From NCBI RefSeq assembly GCF_009914755.1, contig NC_060926.1: a stretch of 64,000 nt of DNA; one strand, written 5' to 3'. Shown one piece after another: positions 14,686 through 27,950 of this stretch; positions within the stretch are counted from its first letter, which is position 1, and the number at the start of each line of letters is the position of its first letter. The position numbers were made by a program, and so were the translations under genes. The notes under the pieces are model-generated. The model had not been told where the DNA came from, did no database searches, and saw only the letters and a list, made by a program, of their open reading frames with translations. Source of the DNA: the human T2T-CHM13v2.0 reference genome, Homo sapiens.

Positions 14686-14912
14686 TTTTTTTTAAGACAA
14701 GGTCTCACTCTGTCACCAAGGCCTAGTGCAGTGCCACAATCTTGGCTCACTGCAGCCTGGACTTCCCGAGTTCAAGCGATCCTCCCTCCTCAGCCTCCCA
14801 AGTAGATGGATTACAGGTGAGCGCCACCACACCCAGCTAATTTTTGTATTTATAGTAGAGATGGGGTTTCACCATGTTGGCCAGGATTACAAGTGTGAGC
14901 CACCCTGCCCAG
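14686..14912 (-). mobile_element. AluJ with an internal deletion of roughly 60 bp in the left arm
   Basis: Alu sequence jumps from GTTGGCCAGG directly to ATTACAAGTGTGAGCC. Confidence 0.9.
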
Positions 14913-14935
14913 CAGATTAAAATATATTAAAACTG

Positions 14936-15004
14936 CAAATGTTTAAGAGCATTATGGTGTCAAATGTTTAAGAACATTATGGTGTCAAATGTTAAGGAGC
15001 TTAT
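14936..15004. repeat. 25-bp tandem repeat, about 2.7 copies
   Basis: CAAATGTTTAAGA(G/A)CATTATGGTGT at 14936 and 14961, with a partial third copy at 14986. Confidence 0.92.
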
Positions 15005-15055
15005 AAATACATTTTAATTTAATTTAATTAGACTTACAAACAGAAAAACTTCTTA

Positions 15056-15088
15056 TAGATAGATAGATAGATGATAGATAGATAGATA
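15056..15088. repeat. (TAGA)n tetranucleotide STR, interrupted
   Basis: (TAGA)4 TGA (TAGA)3 TA. Confidence 0.95.
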
Positions 15089-15665
15089 AGTAATTAGAAA
15101 ACAACTTGCATTTTTTGCCTTTACCAAAATTGGGATCAAATTATAAAGGTATTACAATAGAGAGTTTTTCATGGACATAAAAAATTTTGATAGCATATTT
15201 TATTATAAAGCTTACCTTTATTTCCTGTAAGTATTAATCTCATTTTCAATTTTCTGACTCTTCAGTAATTTAAGGAAGGAAATTGTTCTCAATTTCTTGA
15301 GAATCAACATCTATACATCATTAAAATGTCTTTATAATTTAATAGAAATTATTCTTCACTACTGAAAATCAATTTTTTAAAATTAGGAAATAAAAGATTC
15401 CCTAAGTCATCTACATTATTCAAATAAGGTTTCAGGGAGTGAAGAGTATCGAATAAAATATTTGTTTGAATATTTTTAATACTAAGTACAATTCTGAGCT
15501 AATGAAAAATGGCCTCTAAAATGCTACCCACTAGCTTCCTAATTCTAAGAGACAAGAAATGCTGGAGTGTTTTTCCAAATGCTTACACCCTGTGAAGTCC
15601 AGGAGCAACCTACTCCAACATATTTTCAGGATGTAGCCATAAAATATAATATTCATTTAACCAAA

Positions 15666-16022
15666 TGATATGGTTTGGCTCAGTGTCCCCACCTAAATCT
15701 CATCTTGTAGCTCACATAATTCCCATGTGTTGTGGGAGGGACCCAGTGGGAGATAAATGAATCATGGAGGTGGGTCTTTCCACTGCTGTTCTCCTGAGAG
15801 TAAATAAGGCTCACAAGATCCGATGGATTTAAAAATGGGAGCTTCCCTGCACAAGCTCTCTTCTCTTATCTGCTGCCATGATGTGATGTGCTTTTCACCT
15901 TCTGCCATGATTGTGAGGCCTTCCCAGCCACGTGAAACTGTAAGTGCATTAAACCTCTTTCTTTTGTAAATTGCCCAGTCTTGGGTATGTGTTTATCAGC
16001 AGCATGAAAACGGACTAATACA
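15666..16022 (+). mobile_element. THE1 (THE1B-like) MaLR solo LTR
   Basis: TGATATGGTTTGGCT...CGGACTAATACA termini, about 357 bp; flanks CCAAA / CTGAA compatible with a CpG-decayed CCGAA TSD. Confidence 0.93.
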
Positions 16023-16285
16023 CTGAACACGCAAACAATATTTTTAAAGGAGAGAAAAAATTTCCGATCAACAGATATTTGCCACTGACCTGTAAGCTTA
16101 GATTTAATTTTGTTAGGAAACTAGTAATGATTTTATGACAGGGCTAATTTGGGAAAAATAATTATAAAAACCTTTTTACGTGTTCACAGGTTTTGCTTAT
16201 TATTCTTCTTATGACATTCAATGACAGCACACTATTAATTGTCACACACAATTTGTGCCATTGCTAGCCCTCGCCAATGACTCAC

Positions 16286-16450
16286 CTAGAAGTTGTAGCA
16301 ATCTTGTTTTATAGCAACCTTGTCAAGTTGTGGTTGACAAATTGAAGTTTGCAGCAGTCTTGTCAAGTTGTAGTAGTTTTCTTTTTAGTGGTAGCAATCT
16401 TTCAAATATTGTTTTCTATAGGCTAGTATGGGTTTTTATTATTAGACGAT
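16286..16450 (-). other. CALCRL: CALCRL 5'UTR exon (exon 3, 165 bp)
   Basis: Minus-strand ttttctcaAG|ATCGTC ... TTCTAG|GTGAGT boundaries; 172-bp intron to the previous exon; matches recalled mRNA. Confidence 0.88.
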
Positions 16451-16622
16451 CTTGAGAAAAATATAACCAAAATACCATGAATCATTGTATTAATTTTAAT
16501 AAAAGTAGTGTTGTTATAGACAGAAAACAATGAGTCAGTTTATTTAATTCAGTAATTAATAAGTTAATATTTTAGTTTTTATTAAATTTTACCATGAGAA
16601 AATTTAATTTCCCAATACTTAC

Positions 16623-16713
16623 ATGCACAATTGTCTCCAGACTCAAATCACATTTTCTCTTGGATCATATTTGACATTGTCTTTAAGAATTTCTTAAATT
16701 CAGGGGTCAAGAC
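16623..16713 (-). other. CALCRL: CALCRL 5'UTR exon (exon 2, 91 bp)
   Basis: Minus-strand tttcAG|GTCTTGACCCCTG ... TTGTGCAT|GTAAGT boundaries; matches my recall of the CALCRL mRNA 5'UTR. Confidence 0.88.
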
Positions 16714-17965
16714 CTGAAATATTGATGAATGTAATAATTTAATATTATGCTAATGACCAAAATTATTTCCATGATAAATTAAAAACTTCAAAGAAAATAC
16801 TGCTACTAAGATCATATTTTTATTGAACAATTCCAACTTTGAAAAGCCTCTTTTGCTTACAATATATTTGGGTTATTATATAGCATTATATTCACAGCAT
16901 GGGATGTTTCAATATGAATTATAGATCTATATTATGAGAACACACTTGGTCTAGAAATGTACATATTTTCTATGAGTAAATAATTTTTAAAGAGTAATTA
17001 TGTCATTTTCACTTGAAAAATTGTTGATTTTAGATATTTACATTTTTTTCATAGAATTACTAAAATGTTTTCCTTAGGCATTTATAAGTTAGATAAATAT
17101 TTCTTTATTTATTGTATCTATAGTCATATAATTCCACAAATCATTCTAAATTATACTGCCTTTAAAAATAAATTTTGTGTTTTAATCTTCTCAGTGGAGC
17201 TTTAATTATTATCAAGTATTAATAGCAAGGTGAAAGAAAGAAGAGTTGTTTTGTTTTTGGTTTTTATTTTTTTGTACACATTTTTTGTGGAAGAGTTGAA
17301 AATAGTTAACAGATACAGTAACTCCTAAAACTCTCCTTATCATATTAATGATAATTTACTAGGATTTCTGTTAACAAAAAATTAAAGCAATTTACAGTTC
17401 ATTATTAGACAATACTCTTACATGCACATTTCACCTGGAAATGTGATAGGGAATGATACTGGACACTACAGATTTGTTGTGACCATTAAATGATTTTGAC
17501 TATATTGTGGAGCCCTGAAAGTTCCCAACTCATGGCATACTCTTGGCTAAGTTCTATTTCCCATGCAATTTAATCTAACCTAATGAAATGCCAACCTATT
17601 CAGCTTTATTTGTTAGATTAATATAAAAATTTACTTTATAGATTCTATATACAAAATCACTTCTATATTTATTAACAGATATATTTTATTTTAAATTGAT
17701 TATTTTAAACAATATCACATTCTTTATAATTATGCATTTTGCAAAACTCTATCATTTAATCCATCCCTAAATATAAAAAAGTAATTGATTTTTGTATTCA
17801 TGGTTTTATATAGGCAAAATTGCTTTTGCAAATCACTGTTTGGTGTTTAACATAGTACCTGACACAACCTGAGTGCTCAAGAAATTTTTGCTAAAGAAAT
17901 AAGAGATTCAATACTAAATAAATGATTGATTAATAGAGATTTAAGGATTCTTTCTGATGGGCTAA

Positions 17966-18343
<378 letters not shown>

Positions 18344-21300
18344 TAATAATCACTAGTATGTTTCTTAGTATGAATGAAGATAGATAGTAACAAGTTAATG
18401 TGGTAAACTCAACCATTTTATCCCTAAATATATAGAAACCAATGAAGCAGAGCTCACATTTCTGAAGTTATCACATTTTTCCATCTAGAACTTAAAGTAT
18501 AATTTATATTAGAAAAGTTACAACAATATCCCAAACCAGCTAAGCATAGCAACTTTTTTTTCAGATATATTTTATTTTAATATTTGGTCATAATTTTTTT
18601 ACAAATGTTTGTTGTTTTTTATTAGATGGAGAAACTTACATCAATTTTCATTTTTTCAGGATGGTGGGGACACTGGGTAATCTAACTGAATATTTTATTT
18701 AAGTAAATTTTAAAGAACTAAAGTATGGCAAAAAGCCTTTTGAATTAAACTATAGTTTGATCTTCCTTTGATTAACTTTATCTACGAATTTATTGGAATG
18801 TATGATTATTATTAGTAACGTATCTATTTCCCTTGCAGATATGGTTTCATATCTGATTTATCTTTGCATCCTTTGTGACTGACAGTTAACAAATGTTTAC
18901 CATATACATGAATGAGTAAATGAATTAAAACATGAACCAGTAAAGTACTTTAGGATCCTAAAGTCACAATCAAGAACACTGATCATAACTACTAATTGTA
19001 ATTTATTTTATTAGAAAGTTTTAGACAGTGTTTGAATATGTACTGACAATGAAAATTGTTGGGATGTTTCCTATATCTACAAGTCTACTTTCTTACAAAA
19101 TAAAATCCTGAAAACTATTCAGTTTTGAATTTGTGATTACTTAGATGTTAAATAAACAGTAGTTTTCTGTACTGCATTTGGAAGACATAAAGGTTAAACC
19201 ACATTTAGGGCACTGTAGTACATATTTAAGATATTAGTAGTTCATATTTTTCTGAATAAAAGTATATATATTTAAATATGCTAGTAACAATGTAAATAAA
19301 TATTATTCTATGTAAAAATCACGTATGTTTTACAAAATAATTTTTTAATGATTTACGCATGAGTCAGGATTAAATTACCTTTAATATGCACATGAACTCC
19401 AAATATTGAGGGGCAAAGTGCTTCAAAAGTCATGTCTGAAGGTTTTCCAAACCCCACATATTTGAAACCATTTCATCCAACATTACCATTATTTTTGTTG
19501 CTTATCTAATAGGCTTCAAAATCAGAGTTCCAAAAAGTATCTTAGTGAAATATCTCTTAGTGGTAACTAAATCATCCTGACATCAATAATTAAAAAGTAT
19601 TCAACTCACAAAATATTTATTAATGCAAATAATTCCACTTTTATAGCTTTCCTTCTTTACCCTATTCCCTAATGATCTGAAAATTGTGCTACTAGGAATA
19701 AGGTGGTATTTTTCACTGTGTAAACTTGTGTATTCCTAATCAAGGGGGCAGGTGTATGGCCCCTGGGTTTGTCAAAGATAGAGCAGCAAGTTTAGGTTAG
19801 CAGCCATTCAAACACATAATGGGCACCTGTACACTCCATGAGATCTAGCAATGACCAAATCATTTGGTAGTGCAATTCACTTGAGTCATCTACTTTGCAA
19901 AGGACCTATCAAAGTTTCCTTGCCAGCAGACACGTGGTGAGAGGTAGTTATGGAGGAATCATCCCTTTCACCAAGAGGTCTCAAATTCCATAATAGATGA
20001 ATCATGGCAAGGCATGTGCATAATGCCATTGCAAATATAGCTGAAAGTCAACTTAGATAGACTCTCATACTGGGAGATGAAATGATGACATTGTTCTCAG
20101 GAGAAGTATGTTTAACTGTAATCCTTGGTTTCAGCTCACTGGTTCTCTGCATACTGCCTCTAATTGGCTGATTCAGCAAGTACTTCTCTCTATATATTTA
20201 GCTTTTTCTAAATATATCTTCACTAAAATACAATTGATGCTAGTTAACCAAAGCTGTTAAGCAAATCATTTTTAATCTCTTTCAGATCTTGTTAAATTAT
20301 TTACTGATAATTGAACTGCATGTTACATCATGAAATATAATAGTTTCCTTTTAATTTTGAGGACAGACCAAGCAAATAATGAAAAGAAGTCAAGTTAAGT
20401 GATTAAGCCAGCCAGAGAATTTTTCCATATGTTCCAAGGTTTGTTTAGTAGGAAAAGAACTTCAGAGTTGTGAAAGCTCTAATTTATACTGTTAAGTAAA
20501 TTTGTAATCATATTGGCACTGCTAGTTGTTACTGGCATTTTCTCTTCAAGAGCTGCTAGTCTCATAGTTTCTATAAGTACTATTTTATTTTCCTTTTTAA
20601 AAATTAAACTAAGTGGTTTATTACTGGAAATGAGATAATTTTCTTTACTATGCAAAAAGAATTTTAAAAGCCCTTTATTTCAAAATGTTTTCCATGCTTT
20701 GGCCCCCAATATCTTCAATATTAAAATAAAAATGATATATTTCATCACAAAAAGAACTGTGAAAAATAAAAATGTCTTAAAATCTGAAATACCTTTTGAA
20801 ATATTACTGCCTAGTCACTCAAAAATTTATGTAACTTACAATTCTGGTTTAATTTCTTAATATATTATACATCTACCAAGACAATTTTCCCAAATACTTA
20901 AATTTTAAGAGGGCAATCTTCTTGACATGCAATAGTGTAAAAGCATGTTTTATTGTACATAAGCATTAGAAACCAATGTGACTTAATCAATATTTATAAG
21001 AACACAAAAAAACATAAATCCTGAACATGCACCAGTGCCTTGCAAGCCTATTTCTTATTTTCTAAAATGTGTATTATTCCTATACATACTTTCCATTAAT
21101 TTATGTTTCTTTATAATAATTCTTATTTTTCATTGAGTCACCTAGCCCTAATATTGAAAGTGTATGTTCACTCCAACATTAAGAAAAATAATAACCTAAT
21201 CTTTTGTTTCTGTACTTTTGAAATAACTTCGATTTTTACAGGCTCTAAACCATACTCTGTTTTTCATTTATGTATCCATTCACTAAAAGTTGGCTAACAG

Positions 21301-21654
21301 AAGTACTTTCTACACATACTTAATTTGCCATAAGGTTCACCCACCTGAACCTTTGTGTGAGCAAAGTTGAGCTATGTCCTATATATTATATTACATGCTT
21401 TCCCTTACTTATGGCATATTAAACAAGCTACATATCTCTTGAATCAAAACAAGGAATAAACACTCTACTCCAATCGCAGAGTTCCACACCTGCATGGCAA
21501 ATGGAAACTTATTTCAATCATTCTACACAATCTAAAAAATGTCAAAGTTCAAGAGCCTGGTTAACTTATTTTTCTCACTGCTTATTTTTGGAAAACCTAA
21601 GTCTTTGTGCTAGAATTGTTGTTGCAAGTTAATATCTTTACTTCCAATAGAGTC

Positions 21655-21825
21655 TTTTTATTATTTATTATTATTTTTTTAGAGACAGGATGTCACTCTG
21701 CCCCAGCTGAAGTGCAGTGGTACAATCATAGCTCACTGGTGCCTTGAACTCCTAGTCTCAAGTAATCCTCTCACTTTGGTTCCCCGAATTGTTGGGATTA
21801 CAGGCTTGAGCTCCTGCACCTGGCC
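21655..21825 (-). mobile_element. Alu monomer (FRAM-like)
   Basis: Single right-arm-type monomer with a (TTA)n tail; TSD TCCAATA(G/A)AGT. Confidence 0.85.
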
Positions 21826-22084
21826 TCCAATAAAGTATGAAAAAGAAATTCCAGTGTAAGGTTTTAGTGCCCACTTCAACCTAGCTTGGAATGTCACTCA
21901 CACTTTTAATATATAAAGCAGTTAGTGAAACAAAACATAAAGAAGCTTTACTTTCCTGAAGACATGTTACGGATATAAGATTATAACTCAAGCTGTATGT
22001 CCTCTTTAGGATGTCATTTGAGTCATGCATTATTTTTTAAGCTATTGAGTGAGCAGGTGCCAAATCACTGATGTAGTAAACACC

Positions 22085-22275
22085 ATGTCCTCAAAGTGTG
22101 AGGTTGTGGGCCACCTGCATCAGAATCACCCCCAAAACTTGGTGAAAATGTTAAAATGGCCAGGCCCCACAAAGGACGCTCTGGAACAGAACCTTTTGGA
22201 GAAGAATTTAGGAATCTGCATGTTTAGTAAGCACCCAAGTAAATTCTTGGCCTGTTATACTTGGGGAAGCACAAT
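22085..22275. mobile_element. MER5A-like hAT MITE (approximate)
   Basis: CTCAAAGTGTG..CCACCTGCATCAGAATCACC..GGAATCTGCATGTTT. Confidence 0.75.
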
Positions 22276-22729
22276 ATAAATACTTCATCCTCACTGGGAC
22301 ATGCCGAAACCTGAACACATTTGTATTTCACTGTTTCTAGTTACTAGCCAGACTATTTTAAAAGCAACTATAAAGTATAAATCAAGCAAAATATTCTGCA
22401 GTGTTCCCAGGCATTATTAATGTCACAGAACTCCCAAAGCAAGTTATTCAAATATCTATTTTAAAACATACCATGTAATCTTATAATTATTTCTTTATGT
22501 GTCTCTGCCATGAGATTGTGAGCACAGTAAGAATAGGGCAGGCAGCATATTCATCTCCGGGGCTACACACCCTAACAAAGTGATCACATAAAGAGGGTAT
22601 ACAGAAAGTGTTTTTAAAGTAGATTGCTTATGAAATAAATTTAATCAAGTTGAAGAAACCTGATGTTTTTAGTTATTCCTAACCCTTTCAAGCCTATTAT
22701 AATTTTCTGAGTCATAAAAAAAGATCATT

Positions 22730-22846
22730 GCCTCGATTCTACTCCAAAAATTTCTGATTCAGGTCATCTTGCTTGGGGACCAGGAACAAGCATTTTTTCA
22801 AGTTTCCCAGGTGATTTTAATATATAGCTAGGGTTGAGGATACCTG
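22730..22846. mobile_element. MER5-family fragment (approximate)
   Basis: TTCTGATTCAG..GCATTTTTTCAAGTTTCCCAGGTGATTTTAATAT..GGGTTGAG. Confidence 0.65.
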
Positions 22847-22864
22847 GAATAGATAGAAGATTCA

Positions 22865-23440
22865 TGTGGTAGGCAGAATGATAGGCATACAAAACTTTCC
22901 ATGCCCTATTCACCAGAATCTTTGATTACAGCTATGATTTAGGTTATGGATCTTAAAATAGAATGATTGACCTAGGTTATCTTGAGTTATCCAGGTTAGT
23001 TGCAAATAATAAATTGAGCTCTTAAAAGAAGAAAAGAAAGGGTGAAGGGTCAAAGAGATGCAGCACAAGGGGAAGCAGAAAAGATGAAAGCCTGAGAAAG
23101 AGTTGATTCCTTGTTGCTGACTCTGCTGTGGAGCCCACATGCAAGGACTAGAAAGTGGCCTCAAGCCAGCAAGGAAATGGGGACTTCAGTCCTACAACCA
23201 CAAGGAATTGAATTCTGCCAACAACCTGAATGAGTATGGAGGCAGGTTCTCCCCCAGAGTCTACAAAAGGGAATGCAGCCCTGCCATTACTTTTATTTTG
23301 ACCATGTAACACTTGAAACAAAGAAACAAGCCAAGGCAACAGAACTGACCAATAGAACTGTGAGATAGATAGTAAATAAATGTTGTTTTAAGTTACTAAA
23401 TTTATGGTCATTTGGTACAGCTAGGATAGAAAACTAATAA
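22865..23440 (+). mobile_element. MLT1E-like MaLR solo LTR
   Basis: TGTGGTAGGCAGAAT start; internal CAGTCCTACAACCACAAGGAATTGAATTCTGCCAACAACCTGAATGAG; GAAAACTAATA end. Confidence 0.85.
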
Positions 23441-24979
23441 AAATCCTTACCTGACAAAAATTACATTTTTTTCCATCAAACCAAAGTAGTAACTCTGCTT
23501 CCCAACTAGCCAGTCATTCCTCTTAACCTTAACAATACATTCATCCTCCTGCAAGACAATCCCATTAGCTAGAAGTGTTTCTTCTAAGCTGCTTCTAAAT
23601 TGCTGTGTAATTTTAAGAAAATCAACTCAACTATTTTCTGCTTGGTTTACTCAACTAGATAATGAGTATAAAACTTGATCGTTAATTGAGCTTCCTGTTT
23701 TCTGTTGCATACTTATTAGAAGACACACACTAAAGTCAAAGAAACATATCTTTAATGCCAGTTCTTATACACTTAAACTCTCTCAACCGATTTTCTAACC
23801 TGAAAATTTGCATAAAAGTAGTGGCTGTTTTTAGAAGGTTAATGTGACCAGTAAATGAGATAATGCTAATCAATGCCTGGCTAAATCAATGTTGCCTATA
23901 ACTTTTATCATAGCTCACCTTGTCGGATTATTTTAAGTGTTAAATTACATGCTAGATATAAAAAACTTGCTTAATAATAAATACACAATAAGCATTAGCT
24001 ATTGCTATTTTCTGTATCCCTCTATAATTCTGTTAGTCATGGCAGTAATCATGTTGACTGAACAAACCAGGCAAATCCAGCATGCAAATTGTGACTTGGC
24101 CAAAGTCACAAAGATGCTTAGGTCTGACTCCAAGCTCAGAACTCAGGTTTTCTGACCTTAAATTTCTACCCTTTGCCCTGTATCATACTGACTCGGACAA
24201 TGGAGTTGTTTATTTGCATAAAGTGAAGGACACATTTCTATTTTGCTTATTCAGTTATTTTGCTTAACCACCAGTTTTCTCATTACATGTCACTTGTACT
24301 CATCAAACACATTTATACTTTTTCCCAACAATTTCTTCTTTTCATTCCTCTTCTTAGCAATGTCATATTCGATTCTTTTACAAAGCTTACATTAATAAAT
24401 GGCTTGACAACTCATACTTGCCATTCTGGCAAGGTCCCAAAATAAAAACACATGTACTGTCTCGTTTTCTAGCACTTTAAAAAATGCGTTTTAAATGAAG
24501 AAAACTTCTTCTAGAAATTAAATTTGTTACCTTACCCTATTTATTGAGCATCTACTTTTACCTAGTTTGGTAGGGTGAAGGTGGTGAGATATGTTAAGAT
24601 TTCTGCCCTCAATAAAAGTATTTATCAAGTAGAAGAACAGTATTCTACTGCTTTTGAGGCTTACTTCATTGATTTCAAACACTCTCCATGGAACTCATTC
24701 ATGAGGTTCTAGCGAGGGATGATTTTATCAACATTTAAAACAGGAAGTTAGTGTCTTCCTCAGTCCCATCTCTGTCATTCATTGAACCTGGGCAAATTCC
24801 ATGCCTTCCCAGGTGTTTCCTACTCATCAAACAAAGCATTAGGGTAAAAGGATTAAGCCTTGGGTAAGAGTTCAAAATTTATATGAAAAGAAAAAAATGA
24901 TTGTTATACAGAAACAGTTTTTACTCCTAGTAACCTAAAGCCAAAATAGCCTTAAAACCAAATCTCTCCTGACACTGTT

Positions 24980-25009
<30 letters not shown>
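24980..25009. repeat. (TTG)10 microsatellite
   Basis: Read directly from the sequence. Confidence 0.95.
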
Positions 25010-25012
<3 letters not shown>

Positions 25013-26492
25013 TTCCTGTGGCTCAGGAAGACTTTGTGTATGTCTCCTACTACCTAATAGCTCACGGGAAAAAGTGGACCATTTGGCTAATTTTTCTCTC
25101 ATTACATGAGAATTCAGGGAAAACATATCTAGGCCAAAAAAAAAAATAAATAAAGAAAAAAATCACTTATCTTGCTCTCACCTCTTCATATACTGCCTCT
25201 TTTGAGCTATTCTTACTTTTGAAAGGCCATTCAAGAAACGTCTAGTTCTCTCTTCTCCACTGCAGAAAGTCCAAATTAGAAAAGCAAGCACACTTCTTCA
25301 TTAGCCCCCTTTCCAGATGTCTCAGAATGGAATCTGGTAAGTTCATGTACCCTAAGCTAAACTTATTACCATCATCATTGGAACAGGCTTAATGCTTATA
25401 GGACTAGAAATTAACATTTTCTGAATTTTGGCTACATTGAGTTTTTATCTTCTTTGCATTTAAGAGAAAATCACTAAGCCAAGACTTTTAAATATGCAGA
25501 GTAACAGAAATTATAAGACACATTAAAAAATGATTCAACAATGTCTAAACTCAACAAAGTAATTTAAAAAAAGAAAATTATTACATTTAAGCCATTAAAT
25601 TCCTATGGATGACCTGGTATAGAAATTGCCAATTTTTAAAAGTCATCAAAAACTCTCATGAAAACTTCTAGAAAGTATTTTATTTTTGAAGAGATGCCTA
25701 AATTTAATTGTAACTATTAAAATCCACATTAAAATTCATATATAAGGAAGTATATATTGTTAATATCGTCTCACTGGTTAATGATACAGTTTTTCTTTTT
25801 CCAAAGAGATACTGAAATTTTTAAAGTAGTATCCAACTGATATTTAATAATTCACATAATGAAGGGATGATGTCTAATACCAGTTACAAGTAGAAACAGT
25901 AGTTGTACTGGTTATAAATATGAGTTAGACTTCTTGTTTTTAAAATCCAACTCAGTCACACACTAGCAAATTAAACAACTTCTTTAAGAATAGTTTTCTT
26001 TTCTGCAAAACAACTCCTACACCAGAAAGCTATTGTAAAATAAAATTAGATAATACAAACTTCTTAGAATGCACTAAATATGACTTATTATACCACATTA
26101 AAATTTTTGTAAATATAAGTAAGCTTATTATACATATTTTCATTTATTTGCCGTAATTTCAATAACACTGTATGTGGAAAACTGACTGTATTTCAAGGCG
26201 GTGGTCACATGCATCTTGAGTTTTTTTTTATCTTCTGCAGAAATAATGTGGTTGTTTTTTATTCTGTCATTTAAGTAGTTATGAAAATATCAAATAAAGT
26301 GAATTGTAAGTATATTCCCAGATAGGATATCAATCTAGTTAATATGACTGCACAATTACTAATACTGAGCCTATATATAACCCAAAGCTCTAGCAAATTT
26401 TTTATAACATTGTAATCAAATATGGACTTCTTAAAGAATATAATGCTAAGCCAATTAAAAATAAGACATAAAACCTCCCAAATTTTACTTTA

Positions 26493-26778
26493 TTTTTTTG
26501 TTTTTTATTTGTATAAATTTAAGGGTTATAAGTGCACTTGTATTGCATGAATATAGTGCATAGTTGTGAAGTCTGGGCTTTTAGTGTAACCATCACCTGA
26601 ATAGTATACATTGTACCCATTAAATAATTTCTTATCCCTCACCCCAGCTACAACCCTCCCACCCTTCTAAACCACCAAAGTTTATTATTCCACACTCTAT
26701 GTCTTTGTGTGTACATTGTTTAGCTCCCGCTTATAAGTCAGAACATACAGTATTTGACTTTTTTAGTTGTTTCACTTA
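26493..26778 (-). mobile_element. L1PB-like 3' end
   Basis: T-rich tail followed by the reverse complement of an L1PB 3'UTR (GTCTGGGCTTTTAGTGTAACCATCACCTGAATAG; TTTAGCTCCCGCTTATAAGT). Confidence 0.85.
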
Positions 26779-27449
26779 TTTTAAATTGGTTATAATAGCC
26801 TTTCCTAACACTGTACTGGAACAACAAAAGAAAACATTGACCCTATGCTTACTTGCTTATTTAATGAACATTCCAGATTGAACAGTTGAATAACTATTAA
26901 AGAGAGATAATTTTGTGATTAAGTTTGGGACTTCACTTTACACTGTAATGTACTTACTCACGGGACTGATTTTCCCATTGTGGGCATAATTAGCCATTTT
27001 CCGGTGATTTTAGTCACCCTCTTTTTATTTGAAAGAGGCAAGCGGCCAAATCTCAGCCCAATTAGTAAAAGGTGGAAGGGAGCCTGAAAAAAATGCTTTG
27101 TACTTGATGGAACACTCTCCCTCCAGGAGATCTAATATGGAAAGAATTAATTGCTCAAAGAGCACTGAAACAAAACACATCTTTCCAGCTCTTTGGAATG
27201 AGAGCCTTATACTTATTTTCCTTCCACAAAGTCAGGAGTCAAATGCTATGTGAAAACATGTCTTGTTTTGTTTTTCCCACCAACAATAAAATCAGAAAAT
27301 ATATAATTCTGATATAATTTTAAGTTGCATACCAGTCCATAAGCAAAATTATGATATTCTTGTTACATTGAGCTTTCCAATCATTCTCAAAATAAAATTT
27401 ATATGGCACCTACTAGCACATTCCAACTTTTAGGAGGTAGAGGAACTCT

Positions 27450-27950
27450 GTTGATACTGTCTGATTAGCACATCTTCTTTATTGCCCTTAATAAAATGAA
27501 CCTTTTTCCCTATAGAGAATCCATTCTCTCTGGTTCAAGTAAGACCTCCCTCTTGATCACTGAAGTAGGAACTGATTGAAATCTGGTCAGACTAGCACAA
27601 TCCTCTGATTAAATTTAGCTTGGTCATGGACATGTGTGGTCCAACCAACACCACTGGAATTCTCCCTGGGACATTTGTATTGTTGTTATTAGGGAAGCTT
27701 TTTCTTTCTGCTGGGGTTGCAAAGCAAGTAGGGCATGAATATCAGACGATTCTCATGCATCCTTCCTATCATACAGAGAAAATGTTAAAAAATGTGGTCA
27801 AGTGAAGGCAATTAGCTGAGATTGAGGATTGGTGGAGAATCCAATAACATTAGAGCCCTTTAATTTGGCCGTATTTGAAGGCAGATACAATTCTAGAAAT
27901 CCTCACAAATTAGCCATTAAATTACGTTTTATGCCTAACTGATTTATTTG
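27450..27950 (+). mobile_element. Possible old MLT1K/L-like LTR (approximate)
   Basis: Weak by-eye similarity (TCCCTGGGACATTTG..CTTTCTGCTGGGGTTGC). Confidence 0.35.

Noticed and set aside
14936-15004. CRISPR-like or other prokaryotic repeat system
   Set aside because: Units are contiguous with no spacers; the window is Alu/L1-rich primate DNA with no bacterial or viral genes visible.
24935-25126. Poly-Q ORF
   Set aside because: Simply the (TTG)10 microsatellite read as CAA.
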